Assembly (NCBI RefSeq): GCF_009914755.1
Contig: NC_060932.1
Source of the DNA: the human T2T-CHM13v2.0 reference genome, Homo sapiens
DNA length: 64,000 nucleotides
Strand: one strand, 5' to 3'
Made by a program: the position numbers and the translations under genes. The notes below the pieces were generated by a model, which saw nothing but the letters and a program-made list of their open reading frames with translations, was not told the DNA's origin and did no database searches. Of this stretch, positions 35,230-48,201 are shown piece by piece (within the stretch, counting starts at the first letter, position 1; each line of letters opens with the position of its first letter).

Positions 35230-36997
35230 TCCATATCCATGAGAAGTTCCAGACATCTCAGTCTTACCTAAGCCACTATCCTCTAATCCTCATGAGACTC
35301 TTCACATCCATTATTCTGCCCCTCTATTCACCCCTCCCAAGCGCTGGAAGATTCCACTGTGCACTGTGGACTTATTGGTCCATTGTCAGCAAAATCTCTT
35401 TACCCTGAATCTCTTCTCCATACATTGAGTTGATTTTCTGGATCTAACAGAAACCAAGCTCTTCTGAGGACACTGCTTTCCTTACAACCCCTCCAATTTC
35501 CCTCTCACACTCCTTGTACTTACCTTTGAGTGTGTAGGTGAATGGTAAAACCACTATGCTCCTCACTGTCAGTCCCAGATTGTTTTCCCTCTTGCCTAAC
35601 TAAAACTTCCATTAGGACTCTATGTCAATAGACTCTGTTACGTGACATGTACTGTCATGACTATTCATTTCTGCTGTTACCCACTCTTTCTTAGGTCAAT
35701 CCATCACTTTTCTGTGATTTGGCTCCTGACTCCCTGATTTCTATTTCTTCATTTCAAAAATGAAGAATATACATTCTCATGATCCTCCAATCAACATGGG
35801 TTCTCAGTTTCCTGAACTTCTCTATTCCAAAGGTATTTTATCAGTTTGTTTTTCTCAGTTTGTTTTCTGCAGTACACCAACTCCTACACCAGGCTCATCA
35901 ACCCATGAATCCTCCCATCTTTATACTGTCTCTCCTCCACATGTTGCCCCTCTGCCCTCTTTATATTTAAGACAAATTTCCATGAGGGCAAACTTATTAT
36001 CACTACCTAGCATGCAACCTCAATTCTCCTGCCTCTTTCTCACTACCACATTCACTTGGAGAAAAAAACATAATCCTGATAAATTCCTATTCTTTGCCTA
36101 CAGAGTCTGTACCTTTGCAGTTAAATGTGGCTGGAGAAAAACTAGAAACAATGTCTGTGGTTTCACTTTGAATTCATGACAATTAATTTCAAGGGGGCCT
36201 GTAATGCTTGCTTTTATGCAAGCATGGTATACTTCCTAGTCCAATCACTCCTCCTGTATTCTGTATTACAGTTTACACTTCTCTTATTTCTTCAAACCTT
36301 GATTATCTTTTGCCCCACCTTCCTTCTAAGCTGATAACCTCGATTTCTTCATTGAGAAAAATGAAGTGACCACAAGTAAAATTTCAAAGAATGCCACCAC
36401 CACATATGCCCTCACTCCAAGTATCTGTATATACATCCCTGCCATCTGTTTCTGGGAATCAACTACATGTCTTCTGCCTAAAGTCAGCCCCTTCAGGGGT
36501 AATTGATCCTATTTCTTATTGCTTGCTTATACTACAGAATTTCTCCCTTCTCTCAGGTATAACCACACATTTTTTCCTTTCTCCCAAATCAGTCTTATGT
36601 GTACATCAACTTGATGATATTTTCTATTATAAAAACACAATAAACCAAAATGTAAAAAAGCTCTTAACTCCACTTCTTGCCAGTCACTGTGCAATTTCTC
36701 TGTGCCCCTTTACAGAAAAATCCTCAAAAGAGTATTCCATACTCACTGTCTCCTCTTTCCATTGTCTTCCCTCTCTTTCCATTCTCTTTAATTTCTCTGC
36801 AATCATTATGAATTGAATTGTGTCCTTCTACAAATCCATATGTTGAAGTCTTAACCCTCAGTATCTCAGAATGTGACCTTATTTGGAAACATGGCTGTTG
36901 AAGATGTAGTTACTTAAGATGAGGTTATCCTGGAGTAGAGTGAGTCCCTAATCCAATATGACTCTTGTTCTTATAAAAAGTGGAAATTTGGAGAGAG

Positions 36998-37000
<3 letters not shown>

Positions 37001-37035
<35 letters not shown>
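37001..37035 (+). repeat. (CA)17 microsatellite
   Basis: Perfect CA run. Confidence 0.97.
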
Positions 37036-37038
<3 letters not shown>

Positions 37039-37119
37039 TCAAGCACCTTGTCAAGATAAAAGTATATAGATCAGGGTACTGCTTCTACAAGTCACAGAAT
37101 ACCAAAGATTGCGGAAAAA

Positions 37120-37483
37120 CCATTAGGACTTCCATTAAGACCCTAAGTCAATAAACTCTGTTACATGACATGTACCGTCATGACTACTCATTTCCCATGA
37201 CTACTCATTTCTTCTGTTACCCACTCATTCTTAGGTCAATCCATCACTTTCGTATGATTTGGCTCCTAATTCCCTGCTTTATATTTCTTCATTTCTAAAA
37301 TTAAATCCTTTCACTTTCATAGACACCCGCATGATCCATCAATCAACTTGCATTCTCAGTTTCTTGAACTTCACTATTCCACAGATATTTTATCTTTGCC
37401 TTCACGTAGCAACTCACTGACATAATCACCCTCTAGACCTAGTCATTACCAACAACATCCTTAGCTTCTCTGTTACCTTAATT
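37120..37483 (+). repeat. Local duplication of the L2 segment at ~35605-35862, inserted into the MLT1 LTR
   Basis: Collinear similarity, e.g. 'ttcttaggtcaatccatcacttt' and 'tgatttggctcct' in both copies. Confidence 0.9.
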
Positions 37484-38399
37484 GCAGGAACAGATTCTTC
37501 CTCATAGCCCTTGAAAGGAACCAACCCTGCTAACACCTTGATTTCCCATTTCTCACTTCCAGAGTTGTGAGGCAATCATCTTCTGTTGTTTATGCCACTT
37601 TGTTCATGTTTCTTGGCTAAAGCAGTCTTACCAAACCAATACGCCAATCAAGCATTTAGTCTACCACTTAAGTGCAACTGGTCTAACCTATGTTCCTATG
37701 ATCTTCACATTGCTAAAGCCTAAGTAATTATCAGTCCAGATTTGTGCTTGATTGGTCAGCATCATTTGACTGTCTTCATCTGACTTCTCAGGTACAACAC
37801 CTGCCAAATTTTGCTTCTGTCACTCTGAGAGGTCCCTCTCGGTCTCCTTTACTTGGTTCTATTTCTCCACCTCTTAACTTAGGAGGGCTTTCAGGGCTGA
37901 ATTTCTGGCCCTCTTCATTACTTAAATGTACTCACCTATGATGTCATTGTAAATACCATCTATCTGCTGAGGCCTCTCAAATTTACATCCCCATCCTAAA
38001 ACTATTCCCTGAAATTCAGACTTGTACACCTAAGCTCTCCTTAAAATTCTGCATTTGGATATCAACAGACGTCTCAACCCTAACATGTTCAAAATGTAAC
38101 CTGTGATCTTCTCTCATGATTGTCCTCCCACGGTCTTTCCCTTCAGCTGATGACACTCTGTCCTGCCTGTTGTTTAGTCCAGAAACCTTGGTGAAATCTT
38201 CAACCCTTCTCTTTCTTTCACAAACCCTATGTAATCCTTCAGATGATCCAGTTGCAACTAGTTACAAAATATATCCATAATTCTCAACTTTCCCAACCTC
38301 CTCCACTACCACCCTTATCTGAGTCATCATGCCACATGACACTTCCCCTGAATTACTGCTGTAGTCCCCTGCATGCTCTTGGCATACATGACTGCCCTT

Positions 38400-38749
38400 T
38401 GTCTTAGTTCATTGGTGCTGCTATCACAAAATACCACAGAATGGGTAATTTATATAGAACACAAATTTGTTTCAAATTAATTCTGGAAGCTGAGAAGTCT
38501 AAGTTCAAGGTGCAGGCATCTGGTGTATGGTGAATGCCTGCTTGATGTGGCCTCACATGGAAGAAAGTAGAAGGGCAAAAGGGGACAAACTCCCTCCATC
38601 AAGCCCTTTTATAACAGCATTAATCTATTCATGAGGGCAGAATCCTCATGACCTAAACACTTCCCAAAAGGCCTCGCCTCCCAACACTGTTGCATTGGGG
38701 ATTAAGTTTCCAACACATGAATTCTGGGGGACAGATTAAGAACATAGCA
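38400..38749 (-). mobile_element. MST (MSTC-like) MaLR LTR
   Basis: tgtcttagt...ctgctatcacaaaatacc...catgaattctggggg...aacatagca. Confidence 0.85.
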
Positions 38750-39154
38750 TCCTCTATGGTCTATTCAAAGCACAGCAGCTAAGATGTCCTTCAGAAATGT
38801 AAATCAGACCATGGCTCCCCTCTGCTCAAAATCCTGCAGTGATTCCATATTTGCTTCATAGGAAAAGCCAAAGTCCTAAACATGTACACTAGGGCACTCA
38901 GCTTCCCGTTAGTGTCCAACTACATCCCTTGCCTCTTCTTCCCTGCCTTCTCCTCTAGCACAGGACATTCTTGCCACTCCACAAGTAAGACAGGCACTCA
39001 GTCACTTCAGGACCTTTGCACTGACTGCTCCTTCACCTTTTAATTCCCTTATCCAAGAAATCTACTTGGCTATCTCTTTCACCATTTTATATATCTTTGC
39101 CCAAATGTTACTTTCACATAGATTACTCAGAGCACTGCATTTAAAATAGAAATA

Positions 39155-39785
39155 GTTGGAGTGTAAATTAGTTCAACCACTGTAGAAGACAGTGTGGTGA
39201 TTCCTCAAGGATCTGGAACCAGAAATACCATTTGACCCAGCAATCCCATTACTGGGTATATACCAAAAGGATTATAAATCATTCTACTCTAAAGACACAT
39301 GCACACGTATGTTTATTGCGGCACTATTCACAACAGCAAAGACTTGGAACAAACCCAAATGCCCATCGATGAAAGACTGGATAAAGAAAACATGGCACAT
39401 ATTCACCATGGAATACTATGCAGCCAAAAAAAGGATGAGTTCATGTCCTTTGCAGGGACATGGATGAAGATGGAAACCATCATTCTCAGCAAACTAACAC
39501 AGGAACAGAAAACCAAATGCCACATGTTCTCATTCATAAGTGGGAGGTAAACAATGAGAACACATGGACACAGGGAGGGGAACATCTTACACAGGGGCCT
39601 GTCGGGGTTGGGGGTTAGGGGAGGGATAGCGTTAGGAGAAGTACCTAATGTAGGCGATGGGTTGATGCGTGCAGCAAACCACCATGGCATGTGTATACCT
39701 ATGTAACAAACCTGCACGTTCTACACATGTATCCCAGAACTTAAACTATAATAATAATAATAACAATAATAATAATAATAATAAA
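39155..39785 (+). mobile_element. L1PA7-like 3' end (~630 bp)
   Basis: ORF2 C-terminus, 3'UTR 'gcagcaaaccaccatggc', (AAT)n tail. Confidence 0.93.
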
Positions 39786-40191
39786 CAGGAATCTCTACTC
39801 CATCCCAGCATGTCTGACTCTAACTTTGCCTTATTCTTTTCCATTCTAACAATTATATGATTTATTTTCTTATTTAGTATTTCCTTTCTACCCAGTTTTC
39901 GCTAGAATGTAGGCTGAAACAAGTCAAGACTATTTATTATATTCACAGATGCAACCAAGACAGGTATGCTCAAAAAACATTTGCTAGCTGATGAAAACAA
40001 CCAGTCCACCTACCAACATGTCTTATTAATTCAAATAATTCATTCCAAATTTTCTTCAATGTTTAATGTACAAGTCATGCCATCTGTAAATAGCAGATTT
40101 GTTCTTCTAATATTTATATACTTTATCAATAGTCTTTGTTTTTATACTCTAGGAAATCAACAGAATGTGACACCACAGGTTGATTAAGAAT

Positions 40192-40810
40192 ACCACCGTG
40201 GAAGACAGTGTGGTGATTCCCGAAGGATGTAAAACTAGAAATACCATTTGACCCAGCAATCCCATTACTGGGTATATACCCAAAGGATTATAAATCATTC
40301 TACTATAAAGACACACACACACGTATGTTTATTGAAGCACTATTCACAATAGCAAAGACTTGGAACAAACCCAAATGTCCATCAATAATAGACTGGATTA
40401 AGAAAATGTGGCACATATACACCAGAGAATACTATGCAGCCATAAAAAAGGATGAGTGCATTCCTTTGCAGGGACATGGATGAAGCTGGAAACCATCATA
40501 CTCAGCAAACAGTAACAGGAACAGAAAACCAAACACTGCATGTTCTCACTCATAAGTGGGAGCTGAACAATGAGAACACATGGACACAGCGAAGGGAACA
40601 TCACACACTGGGGAATATCGAGGGGTGGAGGGCTAGGGGAGGGACAGCATTAGGAGAAATACCTAATGTAGGTGACGGGTTGATGGGTGCAGGAAACCAC
40701 CATGGCATGTGTATACCTATGTAACAAACCTGCACGTTCTGCACATGTAACCCATAACTTAAAGTATAATAAAAAATAAAAATAAAAAAATAAAATGAAA
40801 TAAAACAAAA
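40192..40810 (+). mobile_element. L1PA7-like 3' end (~620 bp)
   Basis: Same region as the previous copy; TSD aagaatac(c/t)a at 40186-40195 and 40811-40820. Confidence 0.93.
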
Positions 40811-41504
40811 AAGAATACTAGTGCAGATACATGTTTTTGTATATAAAAGATCTTACAATATGCAATATAGGGGGAATCTAGTTACCACGTATTAACATAA
40901 AGTATGACAGTTTTTATTTTAAAAATCATAGGTAAATATATACAGACACTCACAAATGTGTACATACACCCATATATAGCACTTACTGTGTCTGATACTC
41001 TCAGAATTACTCAAAGCATGTATTATTAGGCATACTTTCCAGATAAGAAATCTAAGTCCCAAGTTTGTACAGGGGGTATGCAGAAAAGTAAGAATTAAAA
41101 TCCTATGTCTATCCTTCCAAAACTCCCTACGCTCTATTGCATTCAACACTGGAATTTGAAATGGATCATGAAAATTTTTCAATTCCCCAGTACACGACAG
41201 AATAAATCTGATCTTTTGGGTTTTTTATTGTAAATATAAAATTCACTTAGCAATAATTCAACAGATGAATGCACATGCTTCTTCTTGTGTCTAGGTAAAT
41301 CCTCATTAATCCAAGTCAGAAGATTATTCCTGGGTTAAATCTGTGGAAAAATTCAGCAATTGGAAATGTAGACTACTCAATCTTTAATTTGCAAGGGTTT
41401 TTGGTGACAGATTGAATTGATGAAGTCATGAAAGACACTCAAAAGAATGAGGATAATTGATTAGAACAACTTGATGGAAACTTGGTTTCAAGTTATCTAC
41501 CAAA

Positions 41505-41741
41505 ACATGCCTTTATATCCTTTTATAGTTAGAAAATTTAGATGAGCACAGCCTTCCAGAATAAAGACTGTATGTGTTTTCCAGACTTCCCTGTGATTCA
41601 GTGGGGGCCCTGTCACTAACTTCTGGCTAATGAGATAGAGTCTAAAATGAGCTCTGCAACTTCTGGAATGGGTTTTTTAAGAGAGTGCATATAACTGCAT
41701 ATAACTTCTACCTTTCTGTCTTTCTTGCTGGAACCTGGATG

Positions 41742-41742
<1 letters not shown>
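41505..41742 (+). mobile_element. LTR33/LTR16-like ERVL LTR fragment
   Basis: 'aaagactgt...ccagacttccctgtg...gtcactaacttctggctaatgagat'. Confidence 0.55.

Positions 41743-41772
<30 letters not shown>
41743..41772 (+). repeat. T30 homopolymer
   Basis: 30 consecutive T. Confidence 0.97.
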
Positions 41773-41773
<1 letters not shown>

Positions 41774-41799
41774 TCCTAAAGAAACCATTTGGGACCCTG

Positions 41800-41968
41800 T
41801 GCAACTCTTGGCTCTCTGATCCTGAATAATTTATTTAGCTTCTCTGTGTTTCAGTATCCAAATTTATAAAAGTAAATAATACAATGTATCTTCTGGGAGT
41901 GCTAAGAGTTGAAAGTAACATGGAAAAATTTTAGCAAAGTAGCCAGTCCTCAGAAACATTTATTATTT
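41800..41968 (+). mobile_element. MIR fragment
   Basis: 'ttatttagcttctctgtgtttcagtatccaaatttataaaa' MIR core. Confidence 0.55.
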
Positions 41969-42370
41969 TGATAGCCTGAAAGAGGGAGTAGAGGTAAATA
42001 TCCTTTTCTATTCTTCATATTCTAAAAACACTCATATAGAATTTTATGATATACTAATAGATACTTAAAATGTGAAAAGGAGGAGGTCTCATTTCTCTAC
42101 CCCCGCAATATAAGTAAGGGACATTCATACACACGACTTTGATCAGACTCCAGAAAAAACAGGCCTCCACTGCATTCTCCCTAATATCTAACATTCATTT
42201 CTAAGGAGGGTTAATGCCTCTAACTAAACTCTTCCCATCGGCAGAAATTTCCTCTGAGCACAGAGTCTCAACAAGCATACACATTTTCAGCGTGAACTGT
42301 TTAACTGTAACAAGACCGTCTTTATAATTCTGGAAAATGTTTAAGTTCCTACCACGCTAAGAAACATACG

Positions 42371-42373
<3 letters not shown>

Positions 42374-42403
<30 letters not shown>
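42374..42403 (+). repeat. (AC)15 microsatellite
   Basis: Perfect AC run. Confidence 0.97.
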
Positions 42404-42405
<2 letters not shown>

Positions 42406-45400
42406 AACTCATCTACGCACATGAATTATCAATGACATCTGACTTTTACTTGGGCTATAAATAATCTCACCAAGAGGTAGTCAAACTCTTAACAGTGTAT
42501 ATGCTACTTATTTAATTTCTTGAATATAAATATTTCCAAATAATAGAAACCTTATTGAACGTATACTTTTTGAGATTTATAACAAAAAAGAAACATTGAT
42601 GTCAACGTTGCTTTACATTCATTATATTTAAATGACTGCTACTTTTACACTACCACACTTACTGTATGCTAAGTATTTTCAATTTCAAATACATAGTGAG
42701 AAACATTTCCCAGTGGGAATGCATTTCCACAGTTTTATATCAATTATACATAATTTTATTTCTTCCTGGATATGATATACTTTGTTTCATTTTTATAAGT
42801 AATTGTTATATACCCCAGACCAGTTATATATTCTTCTTAAGTAACAGGAAATGAGTTTATTCACAACTTGATGAATTACAGAATGCCTGTGCTTTTGTAA
42901 AAGTCTTAAAGAGCTTACTCATTCCAAGGTAATACTTCCTTTAAAACTCTAATTGGTACAACTATTAGATTAATACATGATTTTCCTAAATATTAACAGA
43001 TTTGATCATCAGCTACTTGATCTTCCAAGTTCTGCAGGCATTAAAAGATGGAAAAGTACACTGACAGTATCTGTCCCCATCTCAGGTGATACCCTGCCAG
43101 TCTCAACTGACATTTATGGTAAGCCAAAGAAAAATATACATGTGTAGATATACTTCGAAGCCTTTAAATACTTAAATAAATAGGGTGAAAGTTTTTACAT
43201 ACTACCTCAAATTTTGCAGCAATTTTTCAAGAAAAAGTGACCCCAAAACAACATAGCTCTAAAGTATTTATGTATAATTCTATAAACATAAAAGAATAAA
43301 CAATAATAATAGTAATTGATATATTACTAGGTGGCCTGTCTCCATAATACAAGATTCACATAATTTAGACATGTAATAACTCTACGAAGAAAGTTCTGTG
43401 ATTTTCCACAGAGCTAAGAAGTGGCAAAGCTGAGAGCTTTTTCTGACAGTGAAATATGTATTTTAGCTAGCAACTGTATTCCCAAGAAGTTACACATTTG
43501 CAGCCTAGGAAACAAAGTTGATCATTTGTTTGCTTAGTTAATTTTATTTAAATTTCAGTACAGTACCAGGGGTGGGGTGGGATGGAGTTTATTATGTTTT
43601 GCTTTAGATGCACAAGAGGATTAAAAATGACGTTATCTTTGAGAACCAGGCATTGTGTTAGGGGACAGAGATGGAGATGAAGACAATCATGTATTTTCTC
43701 ATTATAAAATCCTCTTAGTTTTTTTTTGTGATCAAATTAATATAATTACAAAAGCAGTAATCTTAAAGAGACTGTGACTATGTGAGGATTATTTGGATAA
43801 GATGTGGTTTCAAGAGTATAAAATTTCAAGCTAAATTACAGGATTTAAGTTAATGTATGATATTTTAAGTAAAGTTTTAACTATTTAAATTTGAATATCT
43901 AAAACCTTAATGCCATCACATTATTATAACCTGAATCTCATTAGCTATTTTTAAATAAAATGATTACTGTCCTTTAAAATTGTTTTTAATTTTCTTCAAC
44001 GAAATAAGATGCATTTTGATTTAAATGTCTTGGTACATGCTCAAATATTTATATGACATTCACATTATATAAAAAAATTGAAAAAATAAAAGTATACAGT
44101 AAAACCAGAAAGCTAAAGTAGACTCAGAAAGTAATGAACTTCTGTTTCATGAACTTTTCCATTGTTGAAAAGAATTGCTATTTCTTTGCTGAGATGTAGT
44201 ATACAAACCTTATGTTACTATAAATGTAACATTGTAAGTTACCTCAGTAAGTGACCCTCAGGAAGACTACCAATTTACAGTATTATTATATCTGAGAGAG
44301 TTAAGTCTGTGACGGCCACAAAATTATTTCTAGCAGTAAACAAATTAAACTTGTATTTTTAAACTATCACAAAGCTGGCAAATACCTAAATAGAAGCACT
44401 TTTTATACCAGTTACTGGATTTCTTTACTACTGAAAATAATCAAGCATATTGTAGAAAATCTAGAAAATGCAGCAAAATGTCAAAATAAAATTATTAAAC
44501 ATCTATAATCCCCTGACCTACAGATACACTTTTTGGTATTTTGGTGAAATAGAACATTGCAAAGTGGACCATGTATATTTTAAACTTGTTCATACACATT
44601 TTCTCATGAGCATTTCCTCAAGGAAGTCGATTTACCTTAATATTTTATCTTAATAAGTTGTAAATTTAAATTTCTCAATGTTTGTAATTTAAAATATACA
44701 TTAAACCTCAGGTCATTTCCATTACTCTGTTCTGTGTCTATATATTTTATTAATTTATGTTACATGAATTACAAAGTCATTATCTTGATATTAATTCTCC
44801 AAATGACGAAAATTTATTATAATCGTTACATGACATTACATGTGCATAATTATTCAAATACACATGATTTTTAATTTTTATTTGGGAGGTAAATCCTGAA
44901 AATGACTTTATAACACCACATATCCAGTAGAAATTTCATGGATAATGCTATATATATGCACGATTATATCACTTAGATATAATTCTTTATTTTATAATCC
45001 CACTTCCTTGTTCATCCTACTTTTGTTAGGAGTTGTATGTATTAATATGTGCAATAATAATTTATGTGTAAGCTTTAACTGACTTAGGAGACAATTTTGT
45101 TATCCCCTACATCCTTAAATATTCCAACCCAGCCAAACAACAGTGATTATTCTCGCAAATGAACAAAACATCATGGTCTAAAGTCAACATAGCAAAATAA
45201 ATAACCTGAAAATGTTCCCACAGTAAATACCTTAAAATCAAAGTGATAATATAACAAACGATCTTTTCTCAATGCACAGCTGAACTCTCTGGAAAATAAG
45301 GGAAGCCACCTGACTCTCAAATCAAGAGGAGACTAACAGAATAGAGTGAGAAGCATGTAGCTGGATTCTCTGGGAAGTAAGAGTCTTAGTTGAGATTTTT

Positions 45401-45980
45401 GGCATAAAGTCAGGTCCTTTGACCCTGGGTTGGGAGGCGGGTCGGAGGAGGTAAGGTAGAGAGAAGAATCTCCTGCAAATGAAAGCCGCTTGTGCTTTCT
45501 GAGAGCCCCAGGTGAGAGAGGAACACAAAAACTGACTCCTTTTAACTGAAGTAAAAATTTATCTGCTATAGTGGGAACATTCTCTAACAGATCTTGGTGC
45601 GTTCCCATACATAACCTCCCCAGGTATAAAGCTACGGAAACGACAACAACAACAACAACAAACCCTTAAACTCCAAGCTAATATATACATGAAGAAACAC
45701 GGTAGGTAAAACAGTCTGCAGAAGTAACAAGAAAATTAGCTATTTGAGTACTTCGGTTAATGGAATCTTAATAGACCTTTTTTAATAAAAATGTGAAAGG
45801 AATAATATGAAAAAAGTCAGGTAACTTTGAAAGAAAAAATGCAATTTTGGAAATATAATATCCAGTAACTTATTATGAAAGGACACTAAAAACAGTTGAA
45901 GAAGGAATTCATGCATTCAACGGTGAATCTGAAGACACCACAAAGAAAGCAGTAAAGGGAGATAAATGTACGGGAAATGG

Positions 45981-46254
45981 GGCCTGGGCGCGGTGGCTCA
46001 CGCCTGTAATCCCAGCACTTTGGAAGGCCAAGGCGGGCAGATCACAAAATCAGGAGTTCCAGACCAGCCTGGCCAATATGGTGAAACCCTGTCTCTACTA
46101 AAAACACACAAAATTAGCCGGGCGTGGCGGCGTGCGCCTGTAGTCTCAGCTACTCACAGCCTGAGGCAGGAGAATCACTTCAAACCGGGAGGCGGAAGTT
46201 GCAGTGAGCCAAGACCGCGCCACTGCACTCCAGCCTGGGCGACAGAGCAAGACG
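45981..46254 (+). mobile_element. Alu (AluSg/Sc-like) with tail replaced by a purine repeat
   Basis: 'gcagatcacaaaatcaggagttc' has the short Sg/Sc-type deletion; approximate TSD acgg(g)aaatg. Confidence 0.93.
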
Positions 46255-46355
46255 AAAGGAGGAAAGGAGGAAAGGAGGAAGGGAGGAAGGGACGGAGGGA
46301 AGAGAGGAAGGGAAGGGAGGAAAGGAAGGGAGGAAGGGAGGGAGGAAGGAAAGAA
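46255..46355 (+). repeat. (GGAA/GGGA)n polypurine tract
   Basis: ~100 nt almost pure A/G. Confidence 0.9.
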
Positions 46356-46462
46356 CGGAAATGCTGACGTCTGAGAGAAAAGCATGAGAGAAAGTGTGAT
46401 AACATCATACCAATATCTAATTAGAATTCTAAAAGTAAAGGAAGAGAATAGCAGAGAGGCGA

Positions 46463-46823
46463 TGTATTAGTCCATTCTTACACTGCTATTAAGAAATACC
46501 CAAGACTCGGTAATTTATTTAAAAAAAAAAAAAGAGGTTTAACTGACTCACCGTTCTGCATGGCTGGGGAGGCCTCAGGAACTTAAAATCATGGCGGAAA
46601 GCCCCTCTTCACAGAGTGGCAGGAGAAAGAAAGAGCGGAGAGGATGGGGAAACCCCTTATAAAACCATCACATCTCGTGAGAACTCACTCACTGTTACAA
46701 GAACAGCATAGGGAAAACCGCCCCCATGATCCAGTTATCTCCACCTGATCTTACTCTTGCCATGTGGGAATTATTACAATTCAAGCTGAAATTTGGGTGG
46801 GGAAGCAGAACTAAACTATATCA
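46463..46823 (-). mobile_element. THE1 (C/D-like) solo LTR
   Basis: tgtattagtcc...ggctggggaggcctcagga...aaactatatca is the reverse complement of a THE1 LTR. Confidence 0.92.
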
Positions 46824-46829
46824 GACAAT

Positions 46830-47900
46830 ATTTGAAGAGGTTAATTTTCCATGACATAAATTTTCCAAGACATAAATCTTCATATTCAAAAAGCACAGTA
46901 TTTCCTTAACATGATAAAAAGAAATCTCACATGGATGCATGTATTAAACTACAGAACTTCAAAAACAAGAGAATCTATTTGAAACAAGCTTAGAGAAAAG
47001 ACATTAGCAACATAGAAATGACAGTGATGCTAACAAGTAGACTGGTCAATGGCTTAAAAAAGAAGCCAAAAGACATTTGAGAAATGTCTTCTGGTGTTGA
47101 GAGGAAACACCTGGTTTCCTCTGGCATTCTAACAGCAGCTAAGATACTATTCAAGAGTTAGAAAAAAATACAGGTGTTTTGATGAGAAGACTGAAAGTTA
47201 TTAGCACTAATATTTCCTTGAAAAGACTTTCTTCAAGAATAAGGATATTTAACCCTAAAGGAAAGGAGTATGAAAAATATAAACCATGGTTAAAACTAAA
47301 CAAGCATTGATTGTATGAAACAATTTAAAAAGGGACTATCTTTAGTCGTTTTACAAAAGTTAGAACTTTAATAATGGAGCCAGAAATTAAGAATAAGAGA
47401 GGAAATATGAACAGATTTAAAGCTACCTAAGATCTTAGGAAGGAGGTTAGAGATACTGAGTAGTTAAATGGGGATATTATGAATTTAAGAATTTAAAAAT
47501 AAAGGGAAATATAAGACAAAACAGCAAAATATTTTGAAAGTGTTATTTAATAAAAATAGAGAAAACATCATCAAATAATTTGGAATAAAATGGACATAAT
47601 TACTAATTGTTGATACATTCGTTTTTAAAAATTACATTGCAATAACATTAATAACTAAGTTTTATATGGCCCTTATGATGTTCCAAACATTTTTCTAAGC
47701 ATGACACATATATTACTTCATTTAGTAGTTAATCATTAAAGACAGTATGTATTGTGTTACACCATTAAATTAGAAAAATATTTATTTCACTCTTTTCTAG
47801 AAAGATACAAGTTAGTAAAACAATGTCAAGAAATAAAAACAACCTGAATAAATCCATATATATTAAATACATTTAGTTTTGAGAGGCTGAGAGTGGAAGA
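46830..47900 (+). mobile_element. Degraded L1M fragments
   Basis: A-rich with residual ORF1/ORF2-like motifs. Confidence 0.45.
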
Positions 47901-48079
47901 AGATAATCTTCTTGCAGGATGGTTAAAGACGATATCTGGAGAAAAATAAGGTACCTCTGTTTCATACCCTTAATAAATTCCTGTTTAATAAATTAGGGTC
48001 TGCATGTGTATACAGTCAAGCATAGCTGGAAATTATAAATCCAAATACAGAATAATGACTAATTATTTAAAGGGACGGA

Positions 48080-48201
48080 ATAAGGGCTGCCTTAGGCTGT
48101 GAAGGATGTGTTCTGCATCGTCCGCGAGCATGATTTCCCTTAGAGTTCAGGGTATGTGAGCACTGCACACACAATCTGAAAAATCACACACAAAGGCCCC
48201 A
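48080..48201. mobile_element. MER91-like MITE remnant
   Basis: 'agggctgcctta...tgtgttctgca...cactgcacac...ggcccc' resembles the MER91 layout. Confidence 0.4.

Larger units (their letters stand above)
36804..37643 (+). mobile_element. MLT1B/C LTR containing (CA)17 and an inserted L2 copy
   Basis: MLT1 5' and 3' halves; approximate 5-bp TSD gcaat/ccaat; interrupted at ~37128-37483. Confidence 0.85.
34640..39995 (+). mobile_element. Long L2 LINE, fragmented by nested MLT1, MST and L1PA insertions
   Basis: C/T-rich L2 ORF2-like segments, 'ctctgctcaaaatcctgcagtg', 'ggacctttgcactgactgctcc', 3' tail 'caggtatgctcaaaaaacatttg'. Confidence 0.75.

Noticed and set aside
35760-36816. 139-aa and 141-aa ORFs
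   Set aside because: Chance ORFs in degraded C/T-rich L2 with no recognisable domain.
41743-41772. T30 tract as a poly(A)-only retroinsertion
   Set aside because: No TSD or attached element body found.
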